64,000 nucleotides of DNA from Roseivirga sp. (GTDB taxonomy: Bacteria > Bacteroidota > Bacteroidia > Cytophagales > Cyclobacteriaceae): assembly GCA_965230105.1 (NCBI GenBank), contig CBDDKG010000005.1:188489-252488 (forward strand), given 5' to 3'. Shown here in pieces: positions 1 to 10,498 of this stretch. The notes beneath the pieces were generated by a model. That model saw nothing but the letters and a program-made list of their open reading frames with translations, was not told the DNA's origin and ran no database searches. Positions within the stretch are counted from its first letter, which is position 1. Every line of letters begins with the position of its first letter. A program made the position numbers and the translations under genes.

Positions 1-222
1 GCGGTTTTCTTTGTAAACTTCAGTGGGCAACCCCAAAAAGGGATCGTTACTTCTACCAATTCTTATGTGATGTCTGGACCTTCGGCTGCTGCCGAGTTAA
101 TCGAGGTAGTGGGTCAGGGACATAAAGTCGAAATCATAGACAAGACTGATATTTGGTATGAGATCAAGTGGAGAGGAAAACGTGCTTTTGTAAGAGAGAC
201 TAATCTGCAGGAGTTGCTTTAG
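1..222 (+). CDS. 3' end of a protein with a C-terminal bacterial SH3-like domain (partial, runs off the window edge)
   Basis: Frame 1 is open from base 1 to TAG at 220-222 (...GIVTSTNSYVMSGPSAAAELIEVVGQGHKVEIIDKTDIWYEIKWRGKRAFVRETNLQELL). The 'GPS...G.KV.I....WY.I...G..G/AFV' pattern is SH3b-like. Not in the ORF track. Confidence 0.6.
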   Translation, partial: AVFFVNFSGQPQKGIVTSTNSYVMSGPSAAAELIEVVGQGHKVEIIDKTDIWYEIKWRGKRAFVRETNLQELL

Positions 223-1436
223 CGATCTACTTCCCCAAGTACAATATCTATTGAGCCGAGAATTGCTACCATATCGGCAATTAAGCCACCTTTTGAAAGC
301 TCACCTAGAATAGAAAGGTTCACAAAACTTGCCCCACGCGCCTTGCAGCGGAAAGGAATATCTGATCGACCGTCTGCTCTGAAGAAGAAACCTGTTTCGC
401 CTTTTGGGTTTTCTGCCCGAACATAAAAATCCTGTGCTTTTGGACGGATCTTTTTTGGAACAGTAGCCCTTGGGTCGAAGTCACGAGTTCTTTTGTGGTC
501 ACCTGTCAATTTGGTTAGGCATTGTTCTATGATCTTCACGGATTCATAACACTCCAACATGCGGACAGAAGTACGATCCCAGCAATCACCCAATGTTCCC
601 ATTGTACCTTTGCCTATAGGAATCTCAAAGTCAATCTCAGGGTAGACAGAATAGGCATCTACTTTTCTCAAGTCAAACTTGAGTCCAGAGCCCCTTAGCA
701 TTGGCCCAGTGATACCATAATTGATAGCAAGGTCGGCAGGAAGTATACCTACGTTAGCCGTTCGGTCAACAAAGATTTTGTTTTGGAGAACGACTTCATC
801 GAACTCCTTGAGTTTGGGCTTAATGTATTGACAGAATTCCAGGCATCGTTCTTCGAAGCCTACTGGTAGATCATAGAAAAGGCCACCAACCCAAATGTAG
901 TTGTAGAGCATTCTGGCGCCAGATGCCCATTCTAAAAGTCTTAGAATATGCTCCCTGTCCCTTAACATCCATGGAAAAGGAGTGATGGCACCAATATCCA
1001 TGGCATAAGTGCCCAGCGCAATAAAGTGAGATGCCAGTCGATTGAGTTCGGCAACAAGTACTCTAATGTATTCAATGCGTTTGTCGATGGTGTTCTCTAT
1101 GCCCAGCATGCGTTCAACGCCCATCACAAAGGCATGTTCTGAATTCATGGCCGCCAGATAGTCCATTCGGTCTACGAAGGGAAGCGTCTGGTTGTAGGGG
1201 AGGCTTTCAGCATGCTTTTCGAAGCAACGGTGTAGGTATCCTAAATGTGGTACGACATCCACAATCTCTTCTCCTGAAGTAATGACCTCTAATCTTAATA
1301 CTCCATGAGTTGAAGGATGCTGAGGACCAATATTCACGATCATTTCCTCACTCTTCAAGTCTTCTGGCTTGAATTTCTGAGGTTCTGACTGCTGCAGATT
1401 CTGGTTATCAAATATGTATTGAACTTCGTTGGCCAC
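219..1436 (-). CDS. nuoD: NADH-quinone oxidoreductase subunit D
   Basis: GPQHPSTHGVLRL, GYLHRCFEK, DRMDY and C-terminal DIVLGEVDR motifs. Confidence 0.97.
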   Translation of the reverse strand: MANEVQYIFDNQNLQQSEPQKFKPEDLKSEEMIVNIGPQHPSTHGVLRLEVITSGEEIVDVVPHLGYLHRCFEKHAESLPYNQTLPFVDRMDYLAAMNSEHAFVMGVERMLGIENTIDKRIEYIRVLVAELNRLASHFIALGTYAMDIGAITPFPWMLRDREHILRLLEWASGARMLYNYIWVGGLFYDLPVGFEERCLEFCQYIKPKLKEFDEVVLQNKIFVDRTANVGILPADLAINYGITGPMLRGSGLKFDLRKVDAYSVYPEIDFEIPIGKGTMGTLGDCWDRTSVRMLECYESVKIIEQCLTKLTGDHKRTRDFDPRATVPKKIRPKAQDFYVRAENPKGETGFFFRADGRSDIPFRCKARGASFVNLSILGELSKGGLIADMVAILGSIDIVLGEVDR

Positions 1437-1921
1437 TATTCTGCTACTTTAACTCCGCGATAATAGGTCTGATGTTCATAGTCCTTTCTCAATGGAAAGC
1501 CTTCCCAGTCTGCCGGAAGAAGTATTCTCCTTAAATCCGGATGATTGTTGAAATCAATGCCGAATAAATCATAGACCTCACGTTCTTGCCAGTCTGCCGT
1601 CTTCCATAAGGGTGTGAGCGAATCAATTATTGGTTCCTTTCTTGGTAATGTGACTTTAACCATCAGGTGATGGTCGTATGGAATGGAGTATAAATTATAG
1701 ATTACTTCCATTGTATCTGCCTCAGGACCATTATCCAGGCCTGTAACACAGGAAAGCGAATCGAAATAAAGCCCTTCAGTTTGATGAAGGTATTCCATGT
1801 TTTCGACCAAGCGATCGGCAGGCAGTTCAAGGCATTGAGGACTTGCAGTTTCATCAATTGATATGACCAACCCTTCGCCTAATTCCGCTTTTAGTTTTGA
1901 TATGATATCCCCAAATGTCAT
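1436..1921 (-). CDS. nuoC: NADH-quinone oxidoreductase subunit C
   Basis: [14 protein letters not shown] and [22 protein letters not shown] motifs. Confidence 0.96.
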   Translation of the reverse strand: MTFGDIISKLKAELGEGLVISIDETASPQCLELPADRLVENMEYLHQTEGLYFDSLSCVTGLDNGPEADTMEVIYNLYSIPYDHHLMVKVTLPRKEPIIDSLTPLWKTADWQEREVYDLFGIDFNNHPDLRRILLPADWEGFPLRKDYEHQTYYRGVKVAE

Positions 1922-2439
1922 GCTTTAGCTTTAACCAATAAATTTTCTATAGCCTTTGGTGCCACAATGCTTTCTCCTTTAATCTTTTCCTGAAGTTTCA
2001 ATAAACCACCAATCAATGCTTCAGGTCTGGGCGGGCAACCTGGTACATAGACATCTACCGGAATGATTCGATCAACGCCTTTGACCACATGGTAGCCGTG
2101 TTCCCAATAAGGTCCGCCACAGTTGGAACAAGAGCCCATGGAAATGACATACCTAGGTTCGGCCATTTGCTCATAAAGCCGTCTCACCCGATCGGCCATT
2201 TTGAAGGTAACCGTACCCGCCACGATCATAACATCTGACTGACGAGGGCTGGCTCGAGGTACAATGCCCAGTCTATCCAGATCATAAGGAGTTCCCTGAG
2301 TACTCATAAATTCTATGGCACAGCAAGCCGTTCCGAAGGCCATAGGCCACATAGATGATAATCTGGCCCAGTTGATCAGGTCTTCAAATTTGGTGATGAT
2401 GATACCACCTTGTCCTAGTTTTTGATCGAGTAAACCCAC
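1918..2439 (-). CDS. nuoB: NADH-quinone oxidoreductase subunit B
   Basis: [15 protein letters not shown] and [14 protein letters not shown] (N2 cluster ligands). Confidence 0.97.
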   Translation of the reverse strand: MGLLDQKLGQGGIIITKFEDLINWARLSSMWPMAFGTACCAIEFMSTQGTPYDLDRLGIVPRASPRQSDVMIVAGTVTFKMADRVRRLYEQMAEPRYVISMGSCSNCGGPYWEHGYHVVKGVDRIIPVDVYVPGCPPRPEALIGGLLKLQEKIKGESIVAPKAIENLLVKAKA

Positions 2440-2906
2440 TATCCTTTATACTTATCGTATGCGCTATCTGGTATTTTTGACTTATAGTTAGAACCCACCG
2501 GTTGTGATTTGACCCAATTGAGATATCCTTTTCGCCATGCGTAAGCCAGCCCAAGTGCTAACACTAAGATGAAGATGAACATTTCTGCAATGGCAAACCA
2601 AGCCCAACTCCAATTAGTGCCTTCAATAAGTTCTTTGTCTCCAAAAATTACTGCCCATGGGAAGAGATAAATTATTTCTACTTCGAACAAGAGGAAAATA
2701 AGGGCTACAATGTAGAATTTAACATTAAAGCGACCCCAGGCACTACCAACCGTATCTTCTCCAGATTCATAGGTGGTGAGTTTTTCAAAATTGGGCCTGT
2801 TCGGACGTAGGAGTTTTGATGCAGTCAAACCAACAATAGCGAAGGCTAATGCTCCGAGGATGAAGATCAATAAAGTACCGAACTCGGATAAATTGGTTTG
2901 GATCAT
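2439..2906 (-). CDS. nuoA: NADH-quinone oxidoreductase subunit A
   Basis: Three TM helices; [28 protein letters not shown] and YAWRKG motifs. Confidence 0.95.
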   Translation of the reverse strand: MIQTNLSEFGTLLIFILGALAFAIVGLTASKLLRPNRPNFEKLTTYESGEDTVGSAWGRFNVKFYIVALIFLLFEVEIIYLFPWAVIFGDKELIEGTNWSWAWFAIAEMFIFILVLALGLAYAWRKGYLNWVKSQPVGSNYKSKIPDSAYDKYKG

Positions 2907-2908
2907 TC

Positions 2909-3541
2909 TTAAAAATTCAGCGGATCGTGATGCTGAAAATGGCCATTCATTTTGATGCGGTCTTTGGCAGTTTCCATCTCTCGAATAAGCGGCAAGGCCC
3001 TCTCCAGATGGTTGATCATATAAGTTTGCCTTTGAGACTCACGAGGCATTTGCAACATGTCATATTCCTGCTCTAAAGATAAACCTAATTTGTGAGCCAA
3101 TTCAAATGAATTTGTCAACAGATCGACATCCAGAGCTTCATCCATTTTGAGTACTGAAACGAGTTCTTTACCCAGGCGCTTGAGGTCTTGCCACTGCTTT
3201 TCACTACCATCATGAATGTTTTCAATGGGTTCGATTTCCCCTCCTGAGTAGAGTTTCCCAGGCGCTTTTTCGTCAAAAGTGACAATTTCGAAGACTCTCA
3301 AACACTTGGTAATGATGTCCATTTCGCCATCCGGATAGCGCTTTACCACCTTAAGCAGTTCCATCTCAGAGCCAAACTTTCGCATATTTTCACCGAATAC
3401 GGGAATGCCGAAAGTTTTGTTTCCTTCAATACACTCATTGATAAGTTGTTTGTAACGAGGCTCGAAGACATGCAAATTGAGCTGTTCGCCTGGAAAGGCG
3501 GCCAACTTCAGTGGAAAGAATGGTAAATACCGTTTACTCAT
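2909..3541 (-). CDS. Stand-alone Lon peptidase substrate-binding (LON_N) domain protein
   Basis: LPFFPLKLAAFPGEQLNLHVFEPRYKQLI signature, with no AAA or protease domain. Confidence 0.85.
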   Translation of the reverse strand: MSKRYLPFFPLKLAAFPGEQLNLHVFEPRYKQLINECIEGNKTFGIPVFGENMRKFGSEMELLKVVKRYPDGEMDIITKCLRVFEIVTFDEKAPGKLYSGGEIEPIENIHDGSEKQWQDLKRLGKELVSVLKMDEALDVDLLTNSFELAHKLGLSLEQEYDMLQMPRESQRQTYMINHLERALPLIREMETAKDRIKMNGHFQHHDPLNF

Positions 3542-3563
3542 AAATGATTCACCTGTAAAAATA

Positions 3564-3587
3564 AAAAAGCCCCGACAGGGGCTTTTT
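3564..3587 (-). terminator. Intrinsic terminator after icd (bidirectional geometry)
   Basis: aaaaagcccc-gaca-ggggcttttt. Confidence 0.8.
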
Positions 3588-3589
3588 GT

Positions 3590-4816
3590 TTACATGTTTT
3601 TCACAATTTCTTCTCCGAATTCCGAACATTTGAGGAGTGTTGCTCCTTCCATGAGTCGTTCAAAGTCGTAGGTAACTCGCTTGGATGCAATGGCTGCTTC
3701 AAGCCCTGAGTAGATCAGATCGGCAGCTTCTTGCCAGCCCATGTACTCAAACATCATTGCGCCTGAGAGAATTACGGAACCTGGATTTACCTTGTCTTGA
3801 CCAGCGTATTTTGGCGCTGTACCATGCGTAGCTTCGAAGATGGCATTACCTGTCATGTAGTTGATATTGGCTCCAGGAGCAATACCGATACCACCAACAA
3901 TAGCTGCTAATGCGTCAGAAACATAGTCTCCATTTAAGTTCAATGTGGCAATCACAGAATACTCAGCAGGTCTTAAAAGGATTTGCTGCAAGAAAGCATC
4001 AGCAATCACATCTTTGATAATTACCTTATGTCCATCTTTTTCTATGATTTGCCATGGACCACCTTCATAGTCAGTTGCGCCATAAGCGTTTTTAGAAAGT
4101 TCATATCCCCATGCTTTGAATGCACCTTCGGTGAACTTCATGATATTACCCTTGTGCACCAGGGTAACTGAATCTCTTTTCTGAGCAAATGCATAATCAA
4201 TCGCACTTTTTACAAGACGATGAGTTCCTTCTTCAGAAACTGGCTTAATGCCATATCCGGCACTGCCAGGGAATCTTACTTTCTTGAATCTATCAGGAAA
4301 ATTCTCTTCTAGTAGTTTTCCGAATTTATCGCAGTCCTCAGAACCTTTTTCGAATTCTATACCGGCATAAATATCTTCAGTATTTTCTCTGAAGATCACC
4401 ATGTCGCAAAGACCAGGTTGTTTTACGGGTGAAGGTGTTCCTTCGAACCATCTTACCGGTCTCACACAAGCGTAAAGGTCCAATTCCTGGCGAAGGGCTA
4501 CGTTAAGTGATCTGATACCACCACCGACTGGAGTGGTCAATGGGCCTTTGATACCCACTAAATACTCTCTAAATGCGTCCAGTGTAGCAGATGGCATCCA
4601 CTCACCAGTTGCATTGAAGGCTTTTTCGCCTGCTAAAACTTCTTTCCAATTAATGGTTCTATCCGTGCCATAGGCTTTTGACACAGCACTGTCGAATACA
4701 TGCTGCGCAGCAGGCCAGATGTCAACTCCGATTCCGTCACCTTCAATGAAAGGGACAGTTGGGTTATTTGGTACGTTAAGTACTCCGTTGTTTATGGTTA
4801 TTTTTTGTTCACTCAT
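3590..4816 (-). CDS. icd: NADP-dependent isocitrate dehydrogenase
   Basis: [42 protein letters not shown] and NLNGDYVSD motifs. Confidence 0.97.
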   Translation of the reverse strand: MSEQKITINNGVLNVPNNPTVPFIEGDGIGVDIWPAAQHVFDSAVSKAYGTDRTINWKEVLAGEKAFNATGEWMPSATLDAFREYLVGIKGPLTTPVGGGIRSLNVALRQELDLYACVRPVRWFEGTPSPVKQPGLCDMVIFRENTEDIYAGIEFEKGSEDCDKFGKLLEENFPDRFKKVRFPGSAGYGIKPVSEEGTHRLVKSAIDYAFAQKRDSVTLVHKGNIMKFTEGAFKAWGYELSKNAYGATDYEGGPWQIIEKDGHKVIIKDVIADAFLQQILLRPAEYSVIATLNLNGDYVSDALAAIVGGIGIAPGANINYMTGNAIFEATHGTAPKYAGQDKVNPGSVILSGAMMFEYMGWQEAADLIYSGLEAAIASKRVTYDFERLMEGATLLKCSEFGEEIVKNM

Positions 4817-4940
4817 ACTGTGATGAATTAAAAATGTATTGTTCTTTTTAGGATGTGAAAGGTAACAATTTCTAAGGGCTACAAAGTTTCAAGTTTCAAG
4901 TTTTTCAAGCAAAAAATGTAGATCGAAAATGACCTATTTG

Positions 4941-5759
4941 CTAATAACTTTCTGACTCGTTAGGGAAGTCTTTTGATTTCACATCTTTGATGTAGTTGCC
5001 TACAGCTTCTGTAATAATGCTCCCTACATCGGCATATTGCCTTAGAAACCTTGGCTTAAATTCTTTAGTAATGCCGAGCATATCGTGCATTACTAAAACT
5101 TGTCCATCTGTATACGGACCTGCACCAATCCCTATAGTTGGTATATTGATTGCTTCCGAGACACGTTTGGCTAGATCTGCCGGAATTTTCTCCAGAACAA
5201 TGGCATAGCAACCGCACTCTTCCAAGAGCTTTGCATCGGCAATAAGCTTTTCTGCTTCTTCAGACTCTTTAGCTCTAACGGCATAAGTGCCGAACTTATA
5301 AATCGACTGAGGAGTCAGCCCCAGGTGACCCATTACCGGAACGCCTGCGCTAAGTACACGTGTCACAGACTCTTTAATCTCTGCACCACCTTCCATTTTG
5401 ACCGAGTGTGCCCCGGACTCTTTCATAATTCGGATGGCCGACCGTAGGGCTTCTGAAGAGTTACCTTGATAAGAACCAAAGGGAATATCCACCACGACAA
5501 ATGCTCGGTTCACAGCTCGAATCACAGAGCTAGCGTGATAGATCATTTGATCGAGTGTAATCGGTAAAGTGGTTTCATGACCTGCCATAACATTGGAGGC
5601 AGAATCACCAACCAAAATAATGTCAACACCTGCTCCATCGATAAGCTGGGCCATGGAATAGTCATAAGCCGTAAGCATAGAGATTTTCTCGCCTCTATCT
5701 TTCATGGCTTGAAGTTGGTGTGTGGTTACTTTCTTAATCTCCGACTTGTGAATTGACAT
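4941..5759 (-). CDS. panB: 3-methyl-2-oxobutanoate hydroxymethyltransferase
   Basis: [15 protein letters not shown] and GHLGLTPQS motifs; start moved to ATG 5759 (MSIHKSE). Confidence 0.96.
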   Translation of the reverse strand: MSIHKSEIKKVTTHQLQAMKDRGEKISMLTAYDYSMAQLIDGAGVDIILVGDSASNVMAGHETTLPITLDQMIYHASSVIRAVNRAFVVVDIPFGSYQGNSSEALRSAIRIMKESGAHSVKMEGGAEIKESVTRVLSAGVPVMGHLGLTPQSIYKFGTYAVRAKESEEAEKLIADAKLLEECGCYAIVLEKIPADLAKRVSEAINIPTIGIGAGPYTDGQVLVMHDMLGITKEFKPRFLRQYADVGSIITEAVGNYIKDVKSKDFPNESESY

Positions 5760-5818
5760 GCCTCTGAAAAATTGGAAGACAAATATACACAAATAAGGTA
5801 TTGGTCAATTGACTTGAC

Positions 5819-6502
5819 CTATCTCCGCTGTGGTCTGTCTCTGTGGTTGTAGAGATCATAAAGAATACTCACGGATAAGTTTACACTTCTATTCGTGATC
5901 TCAGAGGACGAAAAATAATTTTCGTTGCTTAATGAAGAAAAGCCATGATTGTAAGATAAGCCTGGCCTCAGTATTAATTGGTCGGATAGTGAAATATCGA
6001 TACCTGCTTCTAATAACCCAACCAGGTCAAAACTAGAGGCTATGTCTTTAACATCTAAATTTTCCATCTGGTTTTGACCACCTACTAGCGGGGTAGCGGT
6101 TTTAGCAGAAACTAGATAGGAGGGTGCAATTCCGATTTTAAAAAATAAGGGAGCCTGGCCCTTCATATGGTATCCAAGCTTGAATGCCAGGCCGAGATAG
6201 TCATAATCAAATCTACTCTCAAAGTCACCTACAGGATTGCCATTATTATCATTGAGCTCGCCTGTATTCCTGAAGCCTCTCTGACTGTAATTTAAATCAG
6301 CACCAATACTAATCTGACTAGAAGGCTTATACTGGTATATTATGCTTGCTGAAAAACCAATTCTAGTATCTGTCTCAGTCAAGAAGTTTGATGAGTTGAC
6401 ATTACTTGATGTCGCACCAAGTCCTAATCCAATCAGATGTTTTTGTCCATGAAGTGAAAGACTTGTTAGGGCAAGAACAATTATGACTAGGGCTCTTTTC
6501 AT
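5819..6502 (-). CDS. Outer-membrane beta-barrel (porin/PorT-like) protein
   Basis: Signal peptide, alternating beta-strand pattern, YSQRG and DYLGL motifs. Confidence 0.72.
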   Translation of the reverse strand: MKRALVIIVLALTSLSLHGQKHLIGLGLGATSSNVNSSNFLTETDTRIGFSASIIYQYKPSSQISIGADLNYSQRGFRNTGELNDNNGNPVGDFESRFDYDYLGLAFKLGYHMKGQAPLFFKIGIAPSYLVSAKTATPLVGGQNQMENLDVKDIASSFDLVGLLEAGIDISLSDQLILRPGLSYNHGFSSLSNENYFSSSEITNRSVNLSVSILYDLYNHRDRPQRR

Positions 6503-6514
6503 ACGATTGGGGAT

Positions 6515-6542
6515 AAAAAAAGAGGAGTGTTAACTCCTCTTT
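6515..6542 (-). terminator. Intrinsic terminator after mscS
   Basis: aaagaggag-tgttaa-ctcctcttt, with a + strand A-run that gives the U-tract on the - strand. Confidence 0.75.
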
Positions 6543-6553
6543 AATTAGGTAAA

Positions 6554-7375
6554 TTATTTCTCGTTATAAACGTGAATATCTCTCTGTGGATAAGGAATTG
6601 ATATTCCTGCTTTGTCCATTTCTCTTTTGATGTTTTCGATCATATCGAAGTGAACATTCCAGTATTCAGAAGTGTCGACCCATGCTCTGATGGTAATATC
6701 AACACTACTATCTCCAAGGTTGCCCACTCTCACAAAAGGAGCAGGATCCTTATGAAATCTGCTGTCTGCAGCAATCAGCCCCTGAATAATTTCTTTCGCT
6801 CTGTCAAAGTCATCATCATAACCAATACCACAAACAAAATCCCATCTTCTGGTAGGCTCTTGTGTGATATTAGTAATTGTGGCCCCAGCTACTGCGCCAT
6901 TCGCCATGTAGATCACGCGGTTGTCAGGAGTTTTTAAAGTTGTGGTCACAATGGAGATTGCTTGAACAGAACCAGTTTCACCATTTACATTGATGACATC
7001 ACCATTTTTAAATGGCTTTAAGACTAAGATTAGAATACCGCCAGCAAAATTTGCTAAACTACCCTGTAAGGGCAAAACCTACTGCAAGTCCGACAGCTCC
7101 CAGAATTGCTACTAACCCCGCGGTATTTGCTCCAGCTTTCTCAACCACTGCAATTAGGAGAACTACGGTGAGCATGCCTTTTACAACTCCGGTGAGTGTA
7201 GGCATAAGCGTTGGATCAACACCCTTCTTTGTTAGTACATTTTTGAAAACTTTGACAATTCGTTTGTGATGACCCAGAGGCCAACAACCAATATCAATAA
7301 GGCGGTAAGGATTTCAATACCCTTGTCAATATAGGTATCGGAGTTTTTGTCCCACCATTCGGTAATCATTTCCAT
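6554..7375 (-). pseudogene. mscS: Small-conductance mechanosensitive channel interrupted by two compensating 1-nt indels (pseudogene or sequencing error)
   Basis: The ATG at 7375 opens MEMITEWW...GLWVIT. Adding 1 nt at 7263-7265 gives KRIVKVF...GVDPTL...LGAVGLAVGFA. Removing 1 nt at 7070-7072 gives LQGSLANFAGG and the rest of MscS. Confidence 0.82.
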
Positions 7376-7405
7376 AATAAGTTAGTTTAAAGTTGTTCTT
7401 AAAAA

Positions 7406-7906
7406 TTAGTACAAAAAGGCCGAATATTCATCATTGAGTTGTACATCAATGTGTTCTTGAATGGTTGTCCCTAACTCAAAACCTTTGTAGTCCACGGCAA
7501 TCGGAAATCTTTTGTGACTTCTATTTACCAAAACTGCGGTTTGAATTTTTGATACATTCATTTTCAGGAAGGGATCCAATGCATAAATCATGGTTCCTCC
7601 TGAATTCAAGACATCATCGATCACAATCAGTGTGAAATCTGACACTTCAGGTTGAGCAGAAAAACTTACTTGAGGTTGGCTCGTTGCGGATTTATCAATA
7701 TCCACTCGGATGAGTTGGATGCGAATATCTGAAATTTTTTCAATTTCTGTTTTCAGCAGTTCGGAAATTACAACACCATTGGTGTCAATACCAGCGAAAA
7801 ATAACTCCTCAGTCTTATGATTTTGCTCGTAAATCTCATAAGCCATCCTTTTGATAATCTGAAGGATCTGGGAGTGTTCTAAGATGCGTTTTCTTTCTTG
7901 GTGCAT
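7406..7906 (-). CDS. Phosphoribosyltransferase family protein (PyrR-like)
   Basis: PRPP loop LIVIDDVLNSGGTM; AVLVNRSHKRFPIAVDYKG. Confidence 0.82.
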   Translation of the reverse strand: MHQERKRILEHSQILQIIKRMAYEIYEQNHKTEELFFAGIDTNGVVISELLKTEIEKISDIRIQLIRVDIDKSATSQPQVSFSAQPEVSDFTLIVIDDVLNSGGTMIYALDPFLKMNVSKIQTAVLVNRSHKRFPIAVDYKGFELGTTIQEHIDVQLNDEYSAFLY

Positions 7907-7910
7907 TCGA

Positions 7911-8387
7911 CTATTCAGGTATAGGCATCACCTTACTGTCTTTAAAAGTAGACAGTATCACCATTGACTGCAAGTTGTCTACTACCGAAATATCGCTCAC
8001 TTTTTCCAACATTAGTTTTTGGTAAGAAGAGATATCCTGAGCAATAACTTTTAGTACAAAATCACCTGAGCCCGTTACGTGATGACATTCAATTACTTCA
8101 TCAATACTGTTGATGGCATCCATAAAGATTTCAATGTTCTGCTTATTGTGCCCTTTAAGCGTAGCATATACAAAAGTACTTACACCCATGCCGATCTTGT
8201 CGGTGTCGAGCTTGGCATGGTAACTCTTGATGATTCCAGAGTTCTCGAGTTTTTTTACACGCTCTAGGGTTGGAGCCGGAGACAAACCAATCTCTTTGGA
8301 CAATTGAGCATTGGTGATTTTGGCATTGGCCTGAAGGATGTCCAAAATCTTACGGTCGATTTTATCTAATTTTAGATTGAGGTTCAT
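7911..8387 (-). CDS. Lrp/AsnC family transcriptional regulator
   Basis: LDKIDRKIL..LQ.NA, HTH GLSPAPTLERVKKLE and ECHHVTGSGDF. Confidence 0.93.
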   Translation of the reverse strand: MNLNLKLDKIDRKILDILQANAKITNAQLSKEIGLSPAPTLERVKKLENSGIIKSYHAKLDTDKIGMGVSTFVYATLKGHNKQNIEIFMDAINSIDEVIECHHVTGSGDFVLKVIAQDISSYQKLMLEKVSDISVVDNLQSMVILSTFKDSKVMPIPE

Positions 8388-8475
8388 AATATATCAGATA
8401 CAAAATATAATTCTGTTCAAAGGTAGTATTTTCGAAGAAAATTTTACCATCCGTTAAAAATATTCCAAATGGCTG

Positions 8476-9660
8476 TTAGGTTTTTCTTCTGATTGCCTTT
8501 CTCAGGGCTCTGGCTTTCTTATTGATTTGCTCTCTCCTTTTGGTATTACTTCTGATGATGGATATTCTTTCTAAAGCACTCTCATAATTTTGAGACTCAT
8601 CGTCATACTCGGCAAGGTAAAGTTGGGAAGTGAGGTAATAACCAGAATCTTCTGAAGAAGTACTTTCAGAAAAATCGATCACCTGCTGAAAGTAGTCTTG
8701 GGCTGTAGGATGATCACTACGCTTCTTATGAATATGGCCTAGATAGAAACTAGCATAACGTCCACTTACAGCTTCATAACCGAGTTGTCCTTCACTGATT
8801 CGCTTTAAAATTTCCTCAGCCACCGATTCAGCTTTTTGGTATTGACCAGTGGTATAAAGCATCTGCGCATAGAAGCGATGAAAGTATGCATTGTTGGGGT
8901 ACTTACTAAAAACCTGCTCCCCGAGCCTAAGGGCATCGTAAGTCTTCTTTTCTTCGAAGGCTTTTATCCTCATCAGGAAATAGATGGCCTCAATCCTCGT
9001 GTAAAAGGCGTTTTTGGAGACCTGCTCCATTTGTTCAATGCCCAGTTGTTTTTCACCTTTTGGAAAGAACAGAAGTATGGGTTTGAGCATAGGATAGTTT
9101 TCTCGAATCCATATGGAGTAGTAATTAAACAGTGCATCTCCAAAAAGTATTTCCGGACTGAAACCTTCATTACCCTTCGTTTTTTCTAGATATCTCAGTG
9201 CCCATTTCCCGGCACTCGCAGCTCGACCCCAATTCCTTTTTTCTGAATGATAGCGTCCTTTAAAACCATAAGACCCTGCCAAGAAAAAGGCAGCCTCTAC
9301 ATTATTCTCATCCTTTTCCAAAAGCACTTTTGATTTTATAATGGCTGTGTCCATATAAGCCAGAAATTCATCTCCCAGTGGAGTCTCGGCTTCAAGGTTG
9401 GGTAACATTTGCCACCAAGTGCTAATGCCATACAAGAAATACGGTAATGGATGTTCAGGATAGCGATACTTTAACCAATTGAAATCAACCTCCGCTTTAT
9501 GAAAGTTGAAATTGTACATGTTATCCACCGCATCAGTAATCTCAATTTGCAGTGGCATATTTAGTAATAAGTACTCGCTACTGTTGTTAGCACTTTGAGC
9601 GAAGGTGCTTTGTATCAAAGTGCTACCTAGAATAAATATGTATAAAATGTACTTTCTCAC
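8476..9660 (-). CDS. Exported tetratricopeptide-repeat protein
   Basis: Signal peptide and Tyr/Ala-rich helical repeats (YFLYG, AAFFLAG, ASFYLG). Confidence 0.7.
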   Translation of the reverse strand: MRKYILYIFILGSTLIQSTFAQSANNSSEYLLLNMPLQIEITDAVDNMYNFNFHKAEVDFNWLKYRYPEHPLPYFLYGISTWWQMLPNLEAETPLGDEFLAYMDTAIIKSKVLLEKDENNVEAAFFLAGSYGFKGRYHSEKRNWGRAASAGKWALRYLEKTKGNEGFSPEILFGDALFNYYSIWIRENYPMLKPILLFFPKGEKQLGIEQMEQVSKNAFYTRIEAIYFLMRIKAFEEKKTYDALRLGEQVFSKYPNNAYFHRFYAQMLYTTGQYQKAESVAEEILKRISEGQLGYEAVSGRYASFYLGHIHKKRSDHPTAQDYFQQVIDFSESTSSEDSGYYLTSQLYLAEYDDESQNYESALERISIIRSNTKRREQINKKARALRKAIRRKT

Positions 9661-9774
9661 CTGGCTTTTAAAGTTCGTGCAAAATTATAGCCCTTAATGT
9701 CATTTACTATGCGTTGACACATTTTTATTACGGCCTTCGTCCTATAATCGTACTTTTATCCAAAATAGTTTTCA

Positions 9775-10419
9775 ATGCCAAGAGAATTTAGCGCATTAGA
9801 ATTGCGAGCAAGAGATTGGGTGAGTTTTAACAAGAAGCTCTTTTTTGCAGTGGTCTGTTTAATTGCATTGCTCTTGCTTTATGTACAACAGTCGTTTATT
9901 GTTGCCGAGATAGCAGCTTTTAAATTCTTGGAAGGACCTGAAGCATTACTGTTTCAAATCTTCGCAGGGCTGAAGTTTTTGGCAGTACCCATTGTGTATG
10001 CCATCAAGTTTACGGTTGTCGGCTTTATCCTTTGGACGGGGTGCTTTATGTGGGGTTATAAGGTGACTTATACCAAATGCTGGCAGATTGCAATGATAGC
10101 CGAGGTGGTCTTTTTTGTGCCCACAATCATCAAAATCTTTTGGTTTATGTTCGTGAGTACCGACCCAAACTATTTCGAATACCAGGCATTTTACCCCCTT
10201 TCTTACATGAACTTTTTCGACTATCAAGAAGTACCTAAGAAGTACATATATGCCAATCAGGCCCTGAATGTCTTCGAGATCGTCTATTGGGTTGTACTGA
10301 CATATGGAGTGGATTTTGCCGCTAGAAAGAAGAAGTCTGTCGCCAATGCCATCGTGGCAACTACTTACATCCCATTATTTTTGTTTTGGCTTTGGTTTAA
10401 TATCAACATCACCGACTAA
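9775..10419 (+). CDS. Conserved multi-pass membrane protein (Yip1-like topology)
   Basis: About five hydrophobic segments; F.PLS motif; co-oriented upstream of the DUF2723 gene. Confidence 0.6.
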   Translation: MPREFSALELRARDWVSFNKKLFFAVVCLIALLLLYVQQSFIVAEIAAFKFLEGPEALLFQIFAGLKFLAVPIVYAIKFTVVGFILWTGCFMWGYKVTYTKCWQIAMIAEVVFFVPTIIKIFWFMFVSTDPNYFEYQAFYPLSYMNFFDYQEVPKKYIYANQALNVFEIVYWVVLTYGVDFAARKKKSVANAIVATTYIPLFLFWLWFNINITD

Positions 10420-10498
10420 ACATAGGGCTTTCGATTAATAAAAATTAACGCCTTGCAAGCCATATTTTTACTATTTTCACGCCTCAAACGTGGAATAA

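Noticed and set aside
4884-4906. aagtttc tandem microsatellite between panB and icd
   Set aside because: There are only two to three imperfect copies and they are intergenic, giving no evidence of phase variation.
7012-7269. 85-aa + strand ORF
   Set aside because: It is the antisense shadow of the frameshifted middle of mscS.
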